From: a virus
Taxonomy: Duplodnaviria; Caudoviricetes
Length of the DNA stretch: 64,000 nt
Virus record (IMG/VR): IMGVR_UViG_3300044711_000095
Location: 18,540 to 82,539 of that record
Strand: one strand, 5' to 3'
The translations under genes were made by a program, and so were the position numbers. Shown in pieces: positions 61,114 through 64,000 of this stretch; positions within the stretch are counted from its first letter, which is position 1, and each line of letters opens with the position of its first letter. The notes beneath the pieces were generated by a model that saw only the letters and a list, made by a program, of their open reading frames with translations, made no database searches and was not told where the DNA came from.

Positions 61114-61548
61114 TCACAGACCGATCTTCCCCCGGTCCCACGGGTTGACCGTCCCCCCGAACCAATCGATGGACTGAGTGACCTCACCGGTGGCCGTGTT
61201 CCGCCACGTACGGCCGACCAAGGCCACCCCGTACACCCCGGACGGCCCCACGGTGACCGTGAGGGTCTGCCCGGCCTCCACGGTCCACCCGTACGTGCCG
61301 ACCAGCCGCACCGGTTCGGCGAGGACGACATCCCGGAACGTCTCCCCCTCCGCCTCCCGGATGGTGCACAGGATCCGGTCCGCCCCCGGCACCCATACCG
61401 GTAGGTCGGTGGTCCCGCCGTCCGACCACTCGGCCCACTCCCCGCAGGGGGCATCCCCCCGGGCCCGATACGACATGCCTCGCTCGGCGTCCCAGTACAG
61501 CCCTCCAGCGATCCGAGGGTCAGTGTCGGTGGTCCCGGTGGCGTTCAT
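61114..61548 (-). CDS. Hypothetical protein
   Basis: CGGAG RBS; 144 aa. Confidence 0.65.
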   Translation of the reverse strand: MNATGTTDTDPRIAGGLYWDAERGMSYRARGDAPCGEWAEWSDGGTTDLPVWVPGADRILCTIREAEGETFRDVVLAEPVRLVGTYGWTVEAGQTLTVTVGPSGVYGVALVGRTWRNTATGEVTQSIDWFGGTVNPWDRGKIGL

Positions 61549-61596
61549 GGTGGATCTCCGTTCGGTGAGTGGTTCAGGTCGGTGAAGGGCAGGCAG

Positions 61597-61869
61597 TCAG
61601 TCGGTGATCCCGTACTCACGGAACAGTCGCGCCACGATCGCCAACTCAGCGGCAGCGAACCGGGCCCGGCGACCGGACGGGTCACCGAAGTACTCACCCT
61701 GAAGGCAATCCGAGTGCGCCGACCGCATGAACTCCGCAGCCCGCACGTGCATCACGTGACCCCAAGCGCTCATGTCGCGCTGAAGGTCCCCCATCGCCTC
61801 CCGCGCTTCTTTGAATTCGCCTGCCATGGCTTCGGTGCGGATGTCGTCGATCAGGGCTGCGGTGGACAC
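61597..61869 (-). CDS. Hypothetical protein, paralog B
   Basis: See paralog A. Confidence 0.8.
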   Translation of the reverse strand: MSTAALIDDIRTEAMAGEFKEAREAMGDLQRDMSAWGHVMHVRAAEFMRSAHSDCLQGEYFGDPSGRRARFAAAELAIVARLFREYGITD

Positions 61870-61973
61870 GGTGCGCCTCCTAGGCGGGGTCGTTCGGTGG
61901 TCTGAGAGTCCAGTACCCGGCGCCTACGTGAGGCGCCGGACACAAGCCGCTCAGCGCGACACAACCGCGATGA

Positions 61974-62478
61974 CTACCCGCGTTCGTCGCGCCGCTTGGC
62001 AGCGAGCAATGACACGGCGACTTCGAAGTCATCTGCATGCACCGTGTTGCCGTACCGGGTGGATCCGACGTAGAAAGTCGAACCGTCGGACGCACGGACT
62101 TCCGCCAACACGTCCCCGCAGAATCCGGGCGACTGCATGTCAGTGATCGAGTACCCGTGGGAGCCCCACTCGCGCTCGACCTTCGACGCTACGGCGATCA
62201 CGGCATCGGTGCTGGCGTACATGGTGGCCATGGCGGTTGCTCCGTTCGGTAGGTGCGCTGGTGACGGTTGGTCGTTTTCAGCCACGCCAGGCGTGCAGGG
62301 TGATCCGGTCGCGGGACGCGAGGGGCAGTGACAGCCACTCAGCCCACGTGATGCCCGTCAACTCCACGGAAGCTTTCACCTTGCCGCTGACGACGGACTG
62401 TCGGAGAGCCTCTCGGGCGTCGCCTTGAGCGGCGTCGATGGTGGCCAGTGCGCGGGCGACGATCTCGGCGGTGTTCAT
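61974..62478 (-). CDS. Two hypotheticals (61974-62231, 62278-62478)
   Basis: Follow promoter copy 3. Confidence 0.65.
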
Positions 62479-62545
62479 GATGTCCTCCGGTGCAGTGGCT
62501 CGGCGGGTATGTAGAAAGTATCGTCCATGGCGGCCCAGAACTGAA
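62479..62545 (-). promoter_or_regulatory. Repeated early promoter/leader cassette, copy 3
   Basis: Shares the GCGGGTATGTAGAAAGTATCG core (62503-62523) and AACTGAA. Confidence 0.7.
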
Positions 62546-62622
62546 GCCCCCAACGGCGGAAACCTCACATCACCCGAACGGCGGGCCGGCACCAACCATC
62601 GGCGCCGACCCGCCACCACGAC

Positions 62623-63327
62623 TCAACCCACCCGCACCGGCGGTGAGCTGGCCGCACCATCCCGGGCACCCTCCGGCCGGTCCACCCGCACCACCCGGAC
62701 ACCCGACGGCAACGCCACGACCCCCGTCACGGACCCTGACCGGTCCGACGTGTACGAACCCACCGGCACCCACACCCGGCCCTTCAACGCCGACACCGTG
62801 ACCGGAGCCGACGGCTGCGCCGTCCACGCACCAACCACCGGGTCGAAGTGGGTGACCGTCGCCGACACGAACACCAGGCCACGCCCCAACCCGGGCACCG
62901 GCGTCACGGCCACTGTGACCCGCGACGCCCGGACCACCTTCACCGGCAGGCCGACCACATCCCCGGTACCGAGGTCCGTGACCCGCCACACCTGTCCCCC
63001 CAACACGGCCGTACGGGCCGCCACACGTCCCGTGACGAGGACGGCCGGGTCATCGGACCCCCCGAACCACACGGGCCCCTCCACGGCCCCCGTGACGCGT
63101 CCCTGGACCGCGACCCCGTACCCACCCCGCGCCGTCGACGGCGCGCCAGCCCGGACGATCACCTCGAACGGGACCGATGCCCGGTCGATGACGACCCGCA
63201 ACTGCGCCGGGTACACCACGGGTGGCGGCCCCAACGGGTCCACCAGGGCCGTAGCGGGCCCAGCGGCGACCACGGGCCCGACCAGTACGGCGAGTGCAGC
63301 GAACATGGTGCGGACGATCCTGTTCAT
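62623..63327 (-). CDS. Secreted beta-rich protein
   Basis: Signal peptide MNRIVRTMFAALAVLVGPVVAAGPATA; GGAGG RBS; beta-strand-rich body. Confidence 0.7.
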   Translation of the reverse strand: MNRIVRTMFAALAVLVGPVVAAGPATALVDPLGPPPVVYPAQLRVVIDRASVPFEVIVRAGAPSTARGGYGVAVQGRVTGAVEGPVWFGGSDDPAVLVTGRVAARTAVLGGQVWRVTDLGTGDVVGLPVKVVRASRVTVAVTPVPGLGRGLVFVSATVTHFDPVVGAWTAQPSAPVTVSALKGRVWVPVGSYTSDRSGSVTGVVALPSGVRVVRVDRPEGARDGAASSPPVRVG

Positions 63328-63476
63328 GACGGAACCTCCTGCGGGAAGCCGATAGAGCTTGACTCCCGGTGCATCGGCACCCCCACCACTGGCCCTTGAG
63401 CCGTACCACCCGTACGGCCGCCCCCGGCCGGCGCCCCTGTGGGGCCCGCTGCGCGGCCCTCGCGGCGCCGAACCGG

Positions 63477-63719
63477 CTACCGGGTGACCACTTTCACCGT
63501 GGGCCCCCCTACGCGCGTCCTACGGGCTATCTCGGGCCGGCTCACACCATCGGCCCGCATACCCCGCAACGCGTCGTCCCGTACCTGGATCGCTGCGGTG
63601 AGCATCTCCCGGCAGTAGACCGCCAACCGCTGCGCTTCCCGGGCCCGTTCCTCATGGGTGGGTAGCTGACGGATGGCGGGTAGGCGCATGGGTCGGTTGC
63701 TCTCGGCGTCATTCGACAT
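63477..63719 (-). CDS. Small HTH protein, same family as 43641 and 49494
   Basis: VRDDALRGMRADGVSRPEIARRT; TACCCT 7 nt before ATG. Confidence 0.7.
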   Translation of the reverse strand: MSNDAESNRPMRLPAIRQLPTHEERAREAQRLAVYCREMLTAAIQVRDDALRGMRADGVSRPEIARRTRVGGPTVKVVTR

Positions 63720-64000
63720 GGGGATGAGGGTACCTCCATGCGGATACCCGATACCCGCGTTGGCCAGCACCGATGGCCGATCTGGTCAGGTCGCCTCACC
63801 GGCGGGCAAGCACACCACCCCCCACCACGCCGGCCCGGCCCCGCGCAGGTGGGCCCGGACCTGACGGACCGGCGCGGCCGTGGTCGAACCTGGGCCTCCC
63901 CGACCAACCAGACGGGCCGTCACGCACCGTGTCGAAACGGACACTCTACGCGACCGGTACGTATGGGGGGATACCCTTAACGATCATCACCGACCGTGAC

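Larger units (their letters stand above)
1..64000. mobile_element. Actinobacterial temperate phage/prophage, early-replication-accessory arm, carrying a conjugation module
   Basis: Dense small overlapping ORFs; phage-type Rad52/Gam/Rep/DnaB/RusA/HNH/FDXHR genes; no host housekeeping operons; high GC and a DUF397 gene point to an actinomycete host. Confidence 0.9.

Noticed and set aside
8125-63980. Many long ORFs in the supplied track (e.g. 8125-9483 minus, 8900-10030, 36493-38061 minus, 54595-56349, 55343-56659 minus)
   Set aside because: Shadow frames of real genes in high-GC DNA: Pro/Arg/Gly-rich, no SD, overlapping better-supported genes

Overview
GC-rich (about 70%) actinobacterial temperate phage or prophage segment covering the non-structural arm. 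It has roughly 120 short, often GTGA/ATGA-coupled ORFs, and no capsid, tail, terminase or integrase gene is recognisable in the window. Modules from left to right: (1) a Ro60/TROVE gene (rsr) preceded by four tandem Y-RNA-like elements, two of them circularly permuted tRNA mimics of YrlA type; (2) recombination and early genes (Rad52-like annealase, Gam-like protein, oligoribonuclease); (3) replication (HTH initiator with internal palindromic iterons, loader-like ORF, DnaB, DnaN); (4) SNF2-like helicase, an N4/N6 methylase, and a C5 methylase broken by one in-frame TGA; (5) RusA, SLOG and HIT genes; (6) a Streptomyces-plasmid-type conjugation module (TraB/FtsK, a clt-like 8-mer array, DUF2637/Spd-like membrane proteins) with no integrase or rolling-circle Rep nearby; (7) a long run of hypotheticals, a probable late regulator with promoter/terminator, and a packaging-type HNH; (8) a leftward block of repeated promoter cassettes that includes an ArdA-like acidic protein. 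Eight small RHH/HTH genes have leaderless promoter geometry. All calls come from reading the sequence and recognising motifs; no database searches were run.
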